Assembly: GCA_964395535.1 (NCBI GenBank) | Contig: CAYNDE010000001.1 | Span: 1 to 44,342, forward strand | Origin: an uncultured Pirellulales bacterium | GTDB taxonomy: Bacteria; Planctomycetota; Phycisphaerae; Sedimentisphaerales; Anaerobacaceae | DNA length: 44,342 nucleotides | Direction: 5' to 3' | In this document: one piece after another, positions 25,686 through 34,035 of the stretch | Numbering within the stretch: position 1 is the stretch's first letter | Layout: every line of letters starts with the position of its first letter | Translations under genes and position numbers: made by a program | The notes under the pieces: model-generated | The model's input: the letters and a program-made list of their open reading frames with translations, nothing else | Told to the model about the DNA's origin: nothing | Databases searched by the model: none

Positions 25686-27351
25686 AAAAATTGTATCAGA
25701 AAAAATCAAGGGAGGGCTCAGAGCGGCGGGCAAAATTTACCGCAAAGTTATCGTTTTTTTACATCTTTCGCCGCTGTCACTTGCAGAAAAATGCAGAATA
25801 GCTTTCGGTGCCGCTGTCATTTTAATTCTTGGTCTGGCCCTTATCATCCCTTACGTCTGGATGGGCAAGCTCACAACGCTAAGTTACCTCGACGCTGAAA
25901 GAGCAAGAATCGAATCACTGCTTCCCCGAAGGCACTTTCAGATGGAAAAAGCAGGCGAAGGTCAGCTTCCTGCACTCGACAGTACCGGTGTTCCTATTGC
26001 TCCAAACGACCTCGACATCCGCTGGCTGCGATTCGAAAGCGATAAAGAAGATGTGCTCGGAGAACTTACACCAACCCAGAAAGAACTTGTTAATGACCTC
26101 ATATCTGATGAACGCAGCGACCATAAACTCGTACTACAGAAAGAGGATGGAACCGTTTACAGCAATTACGTCCGCATTTTCAGGGCAACGGATAATTGCA
26201 TCAGCTGCCATAATCCTCAGGGCTCCGCAAGGGCTTTTACGCGTAACCAGATGATAGGGGTCGCCGTCAGTAAAAGACCTCTTACAAGTGATTTTGGCAA
26301 AACCGTCTTTCTGAACCGGTTCTGGATAATTATCGCAGGGCTTATCGCCGGTGCCGGCGCTATCATCGCCTTCTATATCATTACGCAGCGCGTGATTTTA
26401 AGCCCTATCCGCCAGCTAAGGGCTATCGCAAACAACGTTGCCGAGGGAAATCTCGACATCAGAAGCTCAATCAAGACACGTGACGAATACCAGAAACTCG
26501 CCGATGCCTTCAACAACATGCTCGATGCCCTGCAAAAAAGCCAGGAAAAACTCCGGCAGGCAAACAAACAGCTCGATGCAAAAATTGCAGAACTTTCCGA
26601 ACGAAACATAGAACTATTCAAAGCCAATAAAGTTAAAGGCGAATTTGTCGCAAACGTTTCTCACGAGCTGAGAACACCTTTGAACTCAATACTCGGATTT
26701 GCACAAATCCTCAGGGAAAAACCGGCATTGCTGAAAAAAGAAAAAGGCCAAAGATACGCCGAGCACATCATCACCAGCGGAAAAAGCCTGCTCAATATGA
26801 TTAACGACCTGCTTAATCTGGCAAAAACAGAAGCAGGGAAAATGGAACTCAGAATTGAAAAAACATCTGTCCGCAAGCTTTGTGAAGACATCGTTGCCAC
26901 TTTTTTTGAAATGGCAAAAGAGAAGAAAATCAAAGTAACACTCTCTGCCGATGACAACATACCAGCGGTTACGACAGATGCGGGCAAGGTTCGCCAGATT
27001 CTGTATAATTTTCTGAGCAACGCCATAAAATTCACGCCCACAAGAGGAAGAATCGAAATAAACGCCTTTATGCGTGATGAAAACACAGTTCGGCTTGCGG
27101 TAACCGATACCGGCTGCGGCATCCCGGAAGCCGATAAAGAAAAAATCTTCTATGAATTCCAACAGGTCGACGGTTCAATCACCCGCCAGGCTGCCGGCAG
27201 CGGCCTGGGGCTGACTATCAGCAAGGAATTGGCAAACCTTATTTCCGCATCAATCGGCGTTGACAGCAGGCTCAATCAGGGCTCGACATTTTGGCTTGAT
27301 ATACCCGTAACTATTAAAAAAAACAAAGACAAGAAAGAAAAAGACCAGTAA
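25678..27351 (+). CDS. Sensor histidine kinase: TM, periplasmic domain with CXXCH, TM, HAMP, coiled coil, HisKA, HATPase
   Basis: Two TM segments bracket about 150 aa containing NCISCHNP (26197-26211). HAMP ILSPIRQLRAIANNVAEGNLD. H-box FVANVSHELRTPLNSILGF. N/G boxes LSNAIKFT, TDTGCGIP, GSGLGLTISK. The ATG overlaps the aspS stop by 8 nt. No response regulator gene is adjacent. Confidence 0.9.
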   Translation: MNKKIVSEKIKGGLRAAGKIYRKVIVFLHLSPLSLAEKCRIAFGAAVILILGLALIIPYVWMGKLTTLSYLDAERARIESLLPRRHFQMEKAGEGQLPALDSTGVPIAPNDLDIRWLRFESDKEDVLGELTPTQKELVNDLISDERSDHKLVLQKEDGTVYSNYVRIFRATDNCISCHNPQGSARAFTRNQMIGVAVSKRPLTSDFGKTVFLNRFWIIIAGLIAGAGAIIAFYIITQRVILSPIRQLRAIANNVAEGNLDIRSSIKTRDEYQKLADAFNNMLDALQKSQEKLRQANKQLDAKIAELSERNIELFKANKVKGEFVANVSHELRTPLNSILGFAQILREKPALLKKEKGQRYAEHIITSGKSLLNMINDLLNLAKTEAGKMELRIEKTSVRKLCEDIVATFFEMAKEKKIKVTLSADDNIPAVTTDAGKVRQILYNFLSNAIKFTPTRGRIEINAFMRDENTVRLAVTDTGCGIPEADKEKIFYEFQQVDGSITRQAAGSGLGLTISKELANLISASIGVDSRLNQGSTFWLDIPVTIKKNKDKKEKDQ

Positions 27352-27384
27352 CATTTGGCTTCGCTAAATCCCGCCTGGATAAAT

Positions 27385-27412
27385 TTGACGTACGCGGATA
27401 CGAAGTTATAAT
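27385..27412 (+). promoter_or_regulatory. Candidate sigma70 promoter for coaD (TTGACG-16-TATAAT)
   Basis: TTGACG at 27385-27390 and TATAAT at 27407-27412, about 75 nt upstream of the coaD ATG. Confidence 0.4.
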
Positions 27413-27488
27413 AGCCTGTTGTTCTTTATGCGCAAAAAATCAGCAGCTCAGAAATATGAACGAAGATTAAAAAATCAAAGGCAGAAAA

Positions 27489-27992
27489 ATGAAAAAAAAG
27501 TTCATCAGGGCAATTTTCCCCGGCACTTTTGACCCCATAACGAACGGCCATCTCGACGTAATCGAGAGAGGCTGCAAGCTCTTTGACGAACTCATCGTCG
27601 CTGTCGGGACAAGCCCCGTTAAAGACGCACTTTTCAGCCCCGCTGAAAGGGTCGAAATGATAAAACAAATCCTCGCCGACAAGCCGAGGGTAAAGGTCGA
27701 AAGCTTTGACGGCCTGATGGTCGAATATGCAAAGAAAAAGGATGCAGACGTGATTCTGCGGGGAATGCGCTCGCTGACCGACGTCCAGTATGAGTTCCGC
27801 CTGGCTATGACGAACCGCGCTGTCGCAGGGCTGGAAACCGTTTTTATTATGACAAGCGCGGAATACGGCTTTTCAAGCTCAACGCTCATAAGACAGGTCG
27901 CATCTCTCGGCGGGGATGTTTCAAACCTGATTCCAAAAATTGTTTACGACCGCCTGAGAAAACGATTCTCAAAAATTGAAAACGAAGATTAA
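27489..27992 (+). CDS. coaD: Phosphopantetheine adenylyltransferase
   Basis: AIFPGTFDPITNGHLDVIERG, ILRGMRSLTDVQYE, and SSTLIRQV are classic CoaD motifs. Confidence 0.95.
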   Translation: MKKKFIRAIFPGTFDPITNGHLDVIERGCKLFDELIVAVGTSPVKDALFSPAERVEMIKQILADKPRVKVESFDGLMVEYAKKKDADVILRGMRSLTDVQYEFRLAMTNRAVAGLETVFIMTSAEYGFSSSTLIRQVASLGGDVSNLIPKIVYDRLRKRFSKIENED

Positions 27993-28035
27993 TTGTCTTC
28001 AAAAATCAAAGACACCGCTAAAACGGAGTTCTGAT

Positions 28036-28407
28036 TTGTTCAAAGTTACTGTTCAAACAAGCTTCTGGGCGTCGCACCAGTTGACATTACCCGACGGCAA
28101 AAAAGAACCTGTTCACTCACATAACTGGAAAGTAACGGCTGAGGTCAGCGGCGAAAAACTTAACCACACGGGCTTGCTCATAGACTTCAATATGCTAAAA
28201 GAACTGCTCGATAACATCACAGAACCATTCACAAACCAGCAGATGGAAAACCACGAATACTTCCGGAACAGCAACTTATCAGCCGAAATGATAGCCAAAT
28301 ACATCTTCGAAAACCTGCAACCTCAATTGCCTGAAAATCTTATATTGGACTGCATCAGCGTAACTGAAGAACAGGGCTGCACGGCTAAATTCCTGGAAAA
28401 ATCCTGA
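28036..28407 (+). CDS. queD: 6-carboxy-5,6,7,8-tetrahydropterin synthase / 6-pyruvoyl-tetrahydropterin synthase family
   Basis: FKVTVQTSFWASHQL...PVHSHNWKVTAEV...GLLIDFNMLK fits the PTPS/QueD pattern. The track start (TTG 27976) overlaps coaD. A TTG at 28036 with GGAG 7 nt upstream gives the usual length of about 123 aa. The start is uncertain. Confidence 0.75.
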   Translation: MFKVTVQTSFWASHQLTLPDGKKEPVHSHNWKVTAEVSGEKLNHTGLLIDFNMLKELLDNITEPFTNQQMENHEYFRNSNLSAEMIAKYIFENLQPQLPENLILDCISVTEEQGCTAKFLEKS

Positions 28408-28595
28408 ATAGCGGAACCGGCTTTACTGACTCATCACAAAATTTTTCAAAAAGACAATAAATAAGGAAACTTTTTACTGTCCAGACACATAAATAATATT
28501 CAGAGAACTGCCTGATTTGTCGATATTTCAAAGCATAAATTTGGTTGTAAAAATCACAGAAAAGCTAATTTTAAGAAAGTGTACTCAGGCTGCTA

Positions 28596-28625
28596 TTGAC
28601 ATATAAAATCACATTTTGGTATAAT
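28596..28625 (+). promoter_or_regulatory. Strong sigma70 promoter for mcsA-mcsB: TTGACA-18-TGgTATAAT
   Basis: Consensus -35 TTGACA (28596-28601), extended -10 TGGTATAAT (-10 at 28620-28625), and a leader of about 90 nt to the mcsA ATG. Confidence 0.55.
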
Positions 28626-28721
28626 AAAAATAGAACAACGGCCGAACCTTAGAGATATGTCAAATTCGACAGACAGCCTGAAAGGGATTTGCGAGCAAAT
28701 AATTTAAAAAGGTACGCAGCC

Positions 28722-29228
28722 ATGCAATGCCAGATTTGTAATGACAATGAAGCTACAATCCACCTTACCGAGATTTCCGGCGGGGAGCGCAAGGAAATGC
28801 ACATCTGCGAATCCTGCGCCGCAGAACAGGGGATAATCGTAAAAAGTCAGATACCTATTAACGAGCTGCTGAGCGGCCTGCTCGCCTCAACCCCACCTGA
28901 AGATGAGCTTTCAGGCTCCGCAGAAACAAAACTCCAATGTCCGAGATGCGGACTTACTCTCGAAGATTTCCGAAAGGAAGCCGTGCTCGGATGCCCTTAT
29001 GACTATGAGGTTTTTGAAAAGCCGCTATCGAACCTGATTGAAAACGTCCAAAACGGTAAAACCGTACACTGCGGCAAGGTCCCGTCAAGGGCACCTGCCG
29101 ATGCGAAAAAACAAATCAAGCTGCTTAACCTGAAAAAACAGCTCGATGAGGCCGTCAAAGCAGAAAATTACGAACAGGCTGCAAAATTAAGAGACCAGAT
29201 AGAGAAAACAGAAAAGCCAAAACAATAA
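28722..29228 (+). CDS. mcsA: McsA-like protein (N-terminal CxxC zinc fingers plus C-terminal UVR motif), activator of the arginine kinase
   Basis: MQCQICNDNEATIHLTEI...MHICESCA, a second CPRCG...GCPYDY, and a C-terminal UVR-like LKKQLDEAVKAENYEQAAKLRDQI. The track start 28689 is a TTG; the ATG at 28722 gives the canonical M.C..C N-terminus. Confidence 0.8.
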   Translation: MQCQICNDNEATIHLTEISGGERKEMHICESCAAEQGIIVKSQIPINELLSGLLASTPPEDELSGSAETKLQCPRCGLTLEDFRKEAVLGCPYDYEVFEKPLSNLIENVQNGKTVHCGKVPSRAPADAKKQIKLLNLKKQLDEAVKAENYEQAAKLRDQIEKTEKPKQ

Positions 29229-29250
29229 AGGAAAAAATCAATTAGTCACT

Positions 29251-30375
29251 ATGAAACTGACTGAGATAAGCAACAACATAAACGAATGGTTCAGCGGCAA
29301 AGGCCCTTCCTGCGATATTGTTATTTCATCAAGAATACGCCTGGCGAGAAATCTGGCCGGCTTCAAATTCTTGAGCCGTTGCTCAACCGAGGAAAAAACC
29401 CAAATACTCGAAAAACTCAAAGACGTACTTACATCACTCGACCTCGGCCAAAAAGTCTTTTACATAAGCATCGACCAGGCGCCGGAACTCGACAAAAACT
29501 TCCTTATCGAAAGACATCTGATAAGCCGGCACCACGCCTACGGCAAAGGTCCCAGAGGTGTCATCATAGCAAACAGCGAGTCCTTTACAGCTATGATAAA
29601 CGAAGAAGACCACCTGCGAATCCAGGTCCTGAAAGGCGGACTGCAGCTCGGCAAGTGCGCCGAGATAATCAATAACATCGACAATATGATAGAGCAAAAT
29701 GTCGAATACGCTTTCAGTCCAAGATTCGGATACCTGACCGCCTGTCCGACAAATGTCGGAACCGGCATAAGGGTTTCTGTTATGCTGCATTTGCCCGCCC
29801 TGAAGATAACAGGCCAGATAAAAAAGTTCTTAAACGCCACAAAGGATATGAACCTTGCTGTTAGAGGCCTGTTCGGAGAAGGTTCAGAAGCCGCCGGCGA
29901 TTTCTATCAAATCTCAAACCAGGCAACTCTCGGTATCTCCGAAACGCAAATCATTTCCGAATTCGAGAAAGTAATCATACCGGAAATCGTCGAATACGAA
30001 ACCGAAGCGCGAAAAAAACTGCTCGAAAAAGATGCCGAAATGCTCGATGACAAAATCTCCCGTGCAACCGCACTGCTCAGAAGCGCCAAGCTGATAAGCT
30101 CACAGGAAGCACTGCTGCTGCTAAGCCATCTGCGTCTCGGCCTGAATATGCACGAGTATATGGGAGCATCAACACCTGCCATTGAGCAGCTCTGCAATCT
30201 CAAGGCCCAGGCAAAGCGAACCGGTGAGTCGGCGAAAATCTCAATTACTACGATTAATCGGCTGTTTATGCTGACACTGCCCGCTCATCTGCAGATAAAC
30301 TACGGCAAAGCCCTTGACCCGACCCACAGAGATGTCCTCCGTGCAAATATAATACGCCAGAGCTTGAATCAATAA
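29251..30375 (+). CDS. mcsB: Protein arginine kinase McsB (phosphagen-kinase fold)
   Basis: DIVISSRIRLARNLAGFKF, NEEDHLRIQ, GYLTACPTNVGTGIRVSVMLHLPAL, RGLFGEGSEAAGDFYQISNQ. Relative to the Bacillus McsB as I recall it, there is an extra segment of about 25 aa (ASTPAIEQLCNLKAQAKRTGESAKISI) in the C-terminal domain. Confidence 0.9.
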   Translation: MKLTEISNNINEWFSGKGPSCDIVISSRIRLARNLAGFKFLSRCSTEEKTQILEKLKDVLTSLDLGQKVFYISIDQAPELDKNFLIERHLISRHHAYGKGPRGVIIANSESFTAMINEEDHLRIQVLKGGLQLGKCAEIINNIDNMIEQNVEYAFSPRFGYLTACPTNVGTGIRVSVMLHLPALKITGQIKKFLNATKDMNLAVRGLFGEGSEAAGDFYQISNQATLGISETQIISEFEKVIIPEIVEYETEARKKLLEKDAEMLDDKISRATALLRSAKLISSQEALLLLSHLRLGLNMHEYMGASTPAIEQLCNLKAQAKRTGESAKISITTINRLFMLTLPAHLQINYGKALDPTHRDVLRANIIRQSLNQ

Positions 30376-30499
30376 ACCCAGTTCCATCTGCCAAAATGGC
30401 ATAAAATAAGGTGCGAAAACAATCCTAAAAGTACCATCCAAAAGCTAAGTCCCTTAAAAACAAGAGCTTATCCTGCTTATAATTTCCGGAAGTTGTAAC

Positions 30500-30515
30500 T
30501 GGCACAGCTTTTGCA
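30500..30515 (+). promoter_or_regulatory. Near-consensus sigma54 (-24/-12) promoter TGGCACagcttTTGCA upstream of dnaK
   Basis: CTGGCACAGCTTTTGCA has GG at 30501-30502 and GC at 30513-30514, the exact 12-nt register of YTGGCACG-N4-TTGCW. It ends about 52 nt upstream of the dnaK ATG. A weaker sigma70-like TTAAAA-18-TATAAT (30454-30483) lies just upstream. Confidence 0.5.
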
Positions 30516-30567
30516 CATCTTTTAGAAGGAATTTAGTACTGACCCTTATATGCGAAAGGAATTAATT

Positions 30568-32496
30568 ATGGCTAAAATAATTGGAATAGATTTAGGTACA
30601 ACAAACTCCGTCGTTGCCTTGATGGAAGGCTCCTCACCAAAGGTACTTATCAACTCTTCCGGCTCGCGTCTTACACCATCGGTTGTCGGCTTCACGGATA
30701 AATCTGAGAGGCTGGTCGGTCAGATTGCGCGCCATCAGCAGGTAACGAATCCGGAAAATACCGTCTTCTCTATCAAGAGATTTATGGGCAGACGCCACAA
30801 TGAAGTATCCTCGGAAGAAAAAATCGTGCCCTATAAAATAGTCGGCGGGCCGAACGAGCTGGTAAAGGTAGGCGTCCGGGGCAATGAATATACACCGCCG
30901 GAAATCTCCGCTATGATACTGCAGGATTTGAAAAAAACCGCTGAGGATTATCTCGGCGAAAAAGTCGAGCAGGCTGTGATTACCGTCCCGGCATACTTTA
31001 ACGACTCTCAGCGGCAGGCAACAAAAGACGCCGGACAAATTGCAGGCCTGAAGGTCGAGAGAATCATAAATGAGCCGACCGCTGCAGCTCTCGCATACGG
31101 CCTGGAGAAAAAGAAAAATGAGAAAGTAGCAGTCTTCGATTTCGGCGGCGGAACATTCGACATTTCAATCCTCGATATTGGCGACAATGTTTTCGAAGTC
31201 CTCAGTACCAACGGCGACACCCATCTCGGCGGCGACGACCTCGACGAACTGCTGATTAACTACCTGGCGGACGAGTTCAAAAAAACCGAAGGTATCGACC
31301 TCAGAGGCGACCCGATGGCCCATCAAAGGCTCAAAGAAGCTGCCGAAAAGGCGAAATGCGAGCTCAGTACCCAGATGGAAGCTACGGTGAATCTGCCCTT
31401 TATCACAGCCGATGCCAAAGGGCCGAAACACCTTCAGATTACAATCACACGCAGCAAATTCGAAGCCCTCGCAGAACCTGTCTTCGAAAGACTTAAGGGC
31501 CCCTGCCATAAGGCGCTCGAAGATGCGAAACTTGAGCCTTCGAGCATTCAGGAGACTCTTCTTGTCGGCGGCTCAACAAGAATCCCGAAGGTCCAGGAAA
31601 TCGTAAAGTCAATATTCGGCAAAGAACCGAACAAAAGCATTAACCCGGACGAAGTTGTTGCCCTCGGAGCTGCCATACAGGGCGCGGTGCTCGCCGGCGA
31701 TGCTGGTGTTAAAGACATTCTGCTGCTCGACGTTACTCCATTATCGCTCGGCGTTGAAACCTTAGGTGGAGTTATGACAAGACTCATCGAACGTAACACA
31801 ACCATACCGACAAGCAAAAAGGAGGTATTCTCAACAGCCGCAGATAGTCAGACAACCGTCGATATCCACGTACTGCAGGGTGAACGTGAATTCGCAAAGG
31901 ACAACCGGACGCTGGGCAGGTTCCAGCTTACCGACATCCCGCCTGCACCAAGAGGAATACCGCAAATCGAAGTGGCCTTTGACATCGATGCCAATGGAAT
32001 CCTCAATGTCTCCGCAAAGGACCTGGGGACAGGTAAACAGCAGTCCATCGAAATCAAATCCAGCTCGGGACTGAGCGAGCCGGAAATAGAGAAAATGAAA
32101 AAAGAGGCTGAGTCCCACGCCGAAGAAGACAAAAAGAAAAGAGAAGTCGTTGACCTAAAGAACCAGGCTGACCAGATAATATACTCAACTGAAAAAACCC
32201 TTAAAGAGCACGGTGATAAGGTACCAGCTGATACCCGCAGTAACATCGAAAACGCCATCAACAACCTGAAAGAGGCCGCGAAAGGCGAAGATGCGGATGC
32301 AATCAAAAAAGCCATCGAAAACCTCTCGAACGCCACACAGGAACTCGGCAAAAAGCTCTATGAAGAAGCCGCTAAAAAACAGGCGGCAGCCTCAGCCGAC
32401 CAGCAGGAAAAGACTCAGCCTCCACCGGAAGGAGAAGTCAAAAGAAAAGGCGGCGACGACGTAATCGATGCTGAATTCGAAGCCAAAGACAAGTAA
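30568..32496 (+). CDS. dnaK: Molecular chaperone DnaK (Hsp70)
   Basis: [25 protein letters not shown]-type motifs ([14 protein letters not shown]), [12 protein letters not shown]. The track start 30550 is 6 codons too long; the ATG at 30568 has AAAGGAA upstream. Confidence 0.97.
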   Translation: MAKIIGIDLGTTNSVVALMEGSSPKVLINSSGSRLTPSVVGFTDKSERLVGQIARHQQVTNPENTVFSIKRFMGRRHNEVSSEEKIVPYKIVGGPNELVKVGVRGNEYTPPEISAMILQDLKKTAEDYLGEKVEQAVITVPAYFNDSQRQATKDAGQIAGLKVERIINEPTAAALAYGLEKKKNEKVAVFDFGGGTFDISILDIGDNVFEVLSTNGDTHLGGDDLDELLINYLADEFKKTEGIDLRGDPMAHQRLKEAAEKAKCELSTQMEATVNLPFITADAKGPKHLQITITRSKFEALAEPVFERLKGPCHKALEDAKLEPSSIQETLLVGGSTRIPKVQEIVKSIFGKEPNKSINPDEVVALGAAIQGAVLAGDAGVKDILLLDVTPLSLGVETLGGVMTRLIERNTTIPTSKKEVFSTAADSQTTVDIHVLQGEREFAKDNRTLGRFQLTDIPPAPRGIPQIEVAFDIDANGILNVSAKDLGTGKQQSIEIKSSSGLSEPEIEKMKKEAESHAEEDKKKREVVDLKNQADQIIYSTEKTLKEHGDKVPADTRSNIENAINNLKEAAKGEDADAIKKAIENLSNATQELGKKLYEEAAKKQAAASADQQEKTQPPPEGEVKRKGGDDVIDAEFEAKDK

Positions 32497-32530
32497 TTGA
32501 GAAATTACCTGATAACCATACAATTTTTAC

Positions 32531-32554
32531 AGCCGGTCCTTACAGGGGCCGGCT
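32531..32554. terminator. Bidirectional terminator hairpin between the convergent dnaK and mnmE genes
   Basis: AGCCGGTCC ... GGGGCCGGCT forms a stem of about 9 bp with one mismatch, followed by CTTTATTT on the plus strand and an A/T-rich flank (GTAAAAATTG) on the minus strand. Confidence 0.6.
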
Positions 32555-32556
32555 CT

Positions 32557-33984
32557 TTATTTGCCTATGCAGAACCGGCTGAAAATATTCTCCAGAATCT
32601 GCTCATCGATATCCTGCTGCTCAATATCACTTATCGATTGATATGCCGACCGCAAGAGCATCGCTGCAACCTCATCACCAGCTTCTTTAAGGGCGTCTAT
32701 AGCCTGACTGAGACTTTCTATCGCCTCAGTCACCGATTGTCTGTGACGTGAAGTTAATCCCACCCAGCTTTTCGTATCGGCCTCAACGCCGCCACGGCCT
32801 GCCGCAACAGCCGAGCCTGTCAGCTTTTTGTCTATCGACTTTTTCAATCTGTCGATACCAAAACCAGTTTTTGCACTGGTAGCGATAAAGTCAAGGCCAA
32901 ATTCTCTGCAAAGTTCTTTGATACGACTCCCAAGCAGGCTCGGCTCAAGCAAATCCGACTTTGTCGCCACGGCCAGAAGATTTTTCTGACTTACAAGTTT
33001 TATGATGGAAATATCATCAGCCAGCTTTTCTTTTGGCTTTGATAAATCCACGCAGAACACAACCACATCGCTGTGTTCCAGCGCTTCGATTGCCGCCTGC
33101 TGGCTGAGCTCATCGATAATATTCTCCGCTTCACTTACCCGCCTCGCGGCGAGGCCCCGGGTCAAACCCGCACAGTCGAAAAGCACACACCTGTTTTGCT
33201 CAAGTGACAACTGGCTGGTCAAAATATCCCTTGTAGTTTTACGCTGCCTTGAGACAATACTGCGTTTTTTGCCCAGCAGCATGTTAACAAGCAGACTTTT
33301 TCCTGCATTCGGTGCCCCTGCCACTCCAACCGAAGGCAAATCAATCACCGCTTCATAACTAACAGAGGCGTCTAAAAGCTGCTGAAGCTCCTTTTTGATT
33401 TGCGAGAGTCTGCCGACGGCATCGTCTCTGCTGATAAACTCTATTGTCTGGTCGCTGAAGTCCAGGCCGGCCTCTATCAGACTTAGACAATCAAATAACT
33501 GTGAGCGGATTCTATGCAAGGCCTGCCCTAATCTACCGCTTAAAAGCCTCTGTGCAGCGGCAAGCTGAATCCTGTTGCTGCTTACGATAATCTCATTGAC
33601 CGCCTCAGCCTGTGCCAGGTCCATCCTGCCGTTAAGATAGCCTCTGGCGGTAAACTCACCCGGCCCGGCCATTCGAACATCACCCGCCATAAGCCTGTAA
33701 ACAACAGCTTGCGTCACAGACGAATTGGTAAATATATGAATCTCTACGACGTCTTCCGCTGTATATGAGTGGCCAGCTAAAAAAAGATAAAGCCGGGCTT
33801 CGATTTTCAATTCATCATCGATGCAGACAAATCCTTTTGTTATACCAGCCTGGGTTTTTGGAAAAGACGGCTCAAAAATTCTGCTCGCTTCTTCGATTGC
33901 CGCCGGCCCGCTCAATCGAACTATAACTTTGCCGTCCGTGGTCGGTGAACTCACCGCCGATATGGTATCAGACAGTCCGTACAT
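32557..33984 (-). CDS. mnmE: tRNA modification GTPase MnmE (TrmE)
   Basis: P-loop GAPNAGKSLLVNMLLG, DCAGL switch, and the C-terminal FCIGK signature. Confidence 0.95.
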   Translation of the reverse strand: MYGLSDTISAVSSPTTDGKVIVRLSGPAAIEEASRIFEPSFPKTQAGITKGFVCIDDELKIEARLYLFLAGHSYTAEDVVEIHIFTNSSVTQAVVYRLMAGDVRMAGPGEFTARGYLNGRMDLAQAEAVNEIIVSSNRIQLAAAQRLLSGRLGQALHRIRSQLFDCLSLIEAGLDFSDQTIEFISRDDAVGRLSQIKKELQQLLDASVSYEAVIDLPSVGVAGAPNAGKSLLVNMLLGKKRSIVSRQRKTTRDILTSQLSLEQNRCVLFDCAGLTRGLAARRVSEAENIIDELSQQAAIEALEHSDVVVFCVDLSKPKEKLADDISIIKLVSQKNLLAVATKSDLLEPSLLGSRIKELCREFGLDFIATSAKTGFGIDRLKKSIDKKLTGSAVAAGRGGVEADTKSWVGLTSRHRQSVTEAIESLSQAIDALKEAGDEVAAMLLRSAYQSISDIEQQDIDEQILENIFSRFCIGK

Positions 33985-34035
33985 CTTTTTTACATTATCG
34001 CCATAAAACTTTGCACCCGGAGCAATAACAAATGA

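Noticed and set aside
27976-28035. ORF-track start for queD (TTG 27976) overlapping coaD, plus the extended track starts for dnaA (41037), dnaK (30550), mcsA (28689) and aspS (23847)
   Set aside because: These extensions add non-conserved N-terminal residues. Downstream starts with Shine-Dalgarno sequences restore the canonical family N-termini.
28408-30567. CtsR operator (GGTCAAA-N3-GGTCAAA) upstream of mcsA, and CIRCE upstream of dnaK
   Set aside because: Only a partial half-site (TGTCAAA) is present in the mcsA leader. No TTAGCACTC-N9-GAGTGCTAA-like inverted repeat is present upstream of dnaK.
32497-32751. 84-aa plus-strand ORF after dnaK
   Set aside because: It is antisense to the conserved C-terminus of mnmE (the FCIGK end) and starts inside the dnaK terminator, so it is a shadow ORF.
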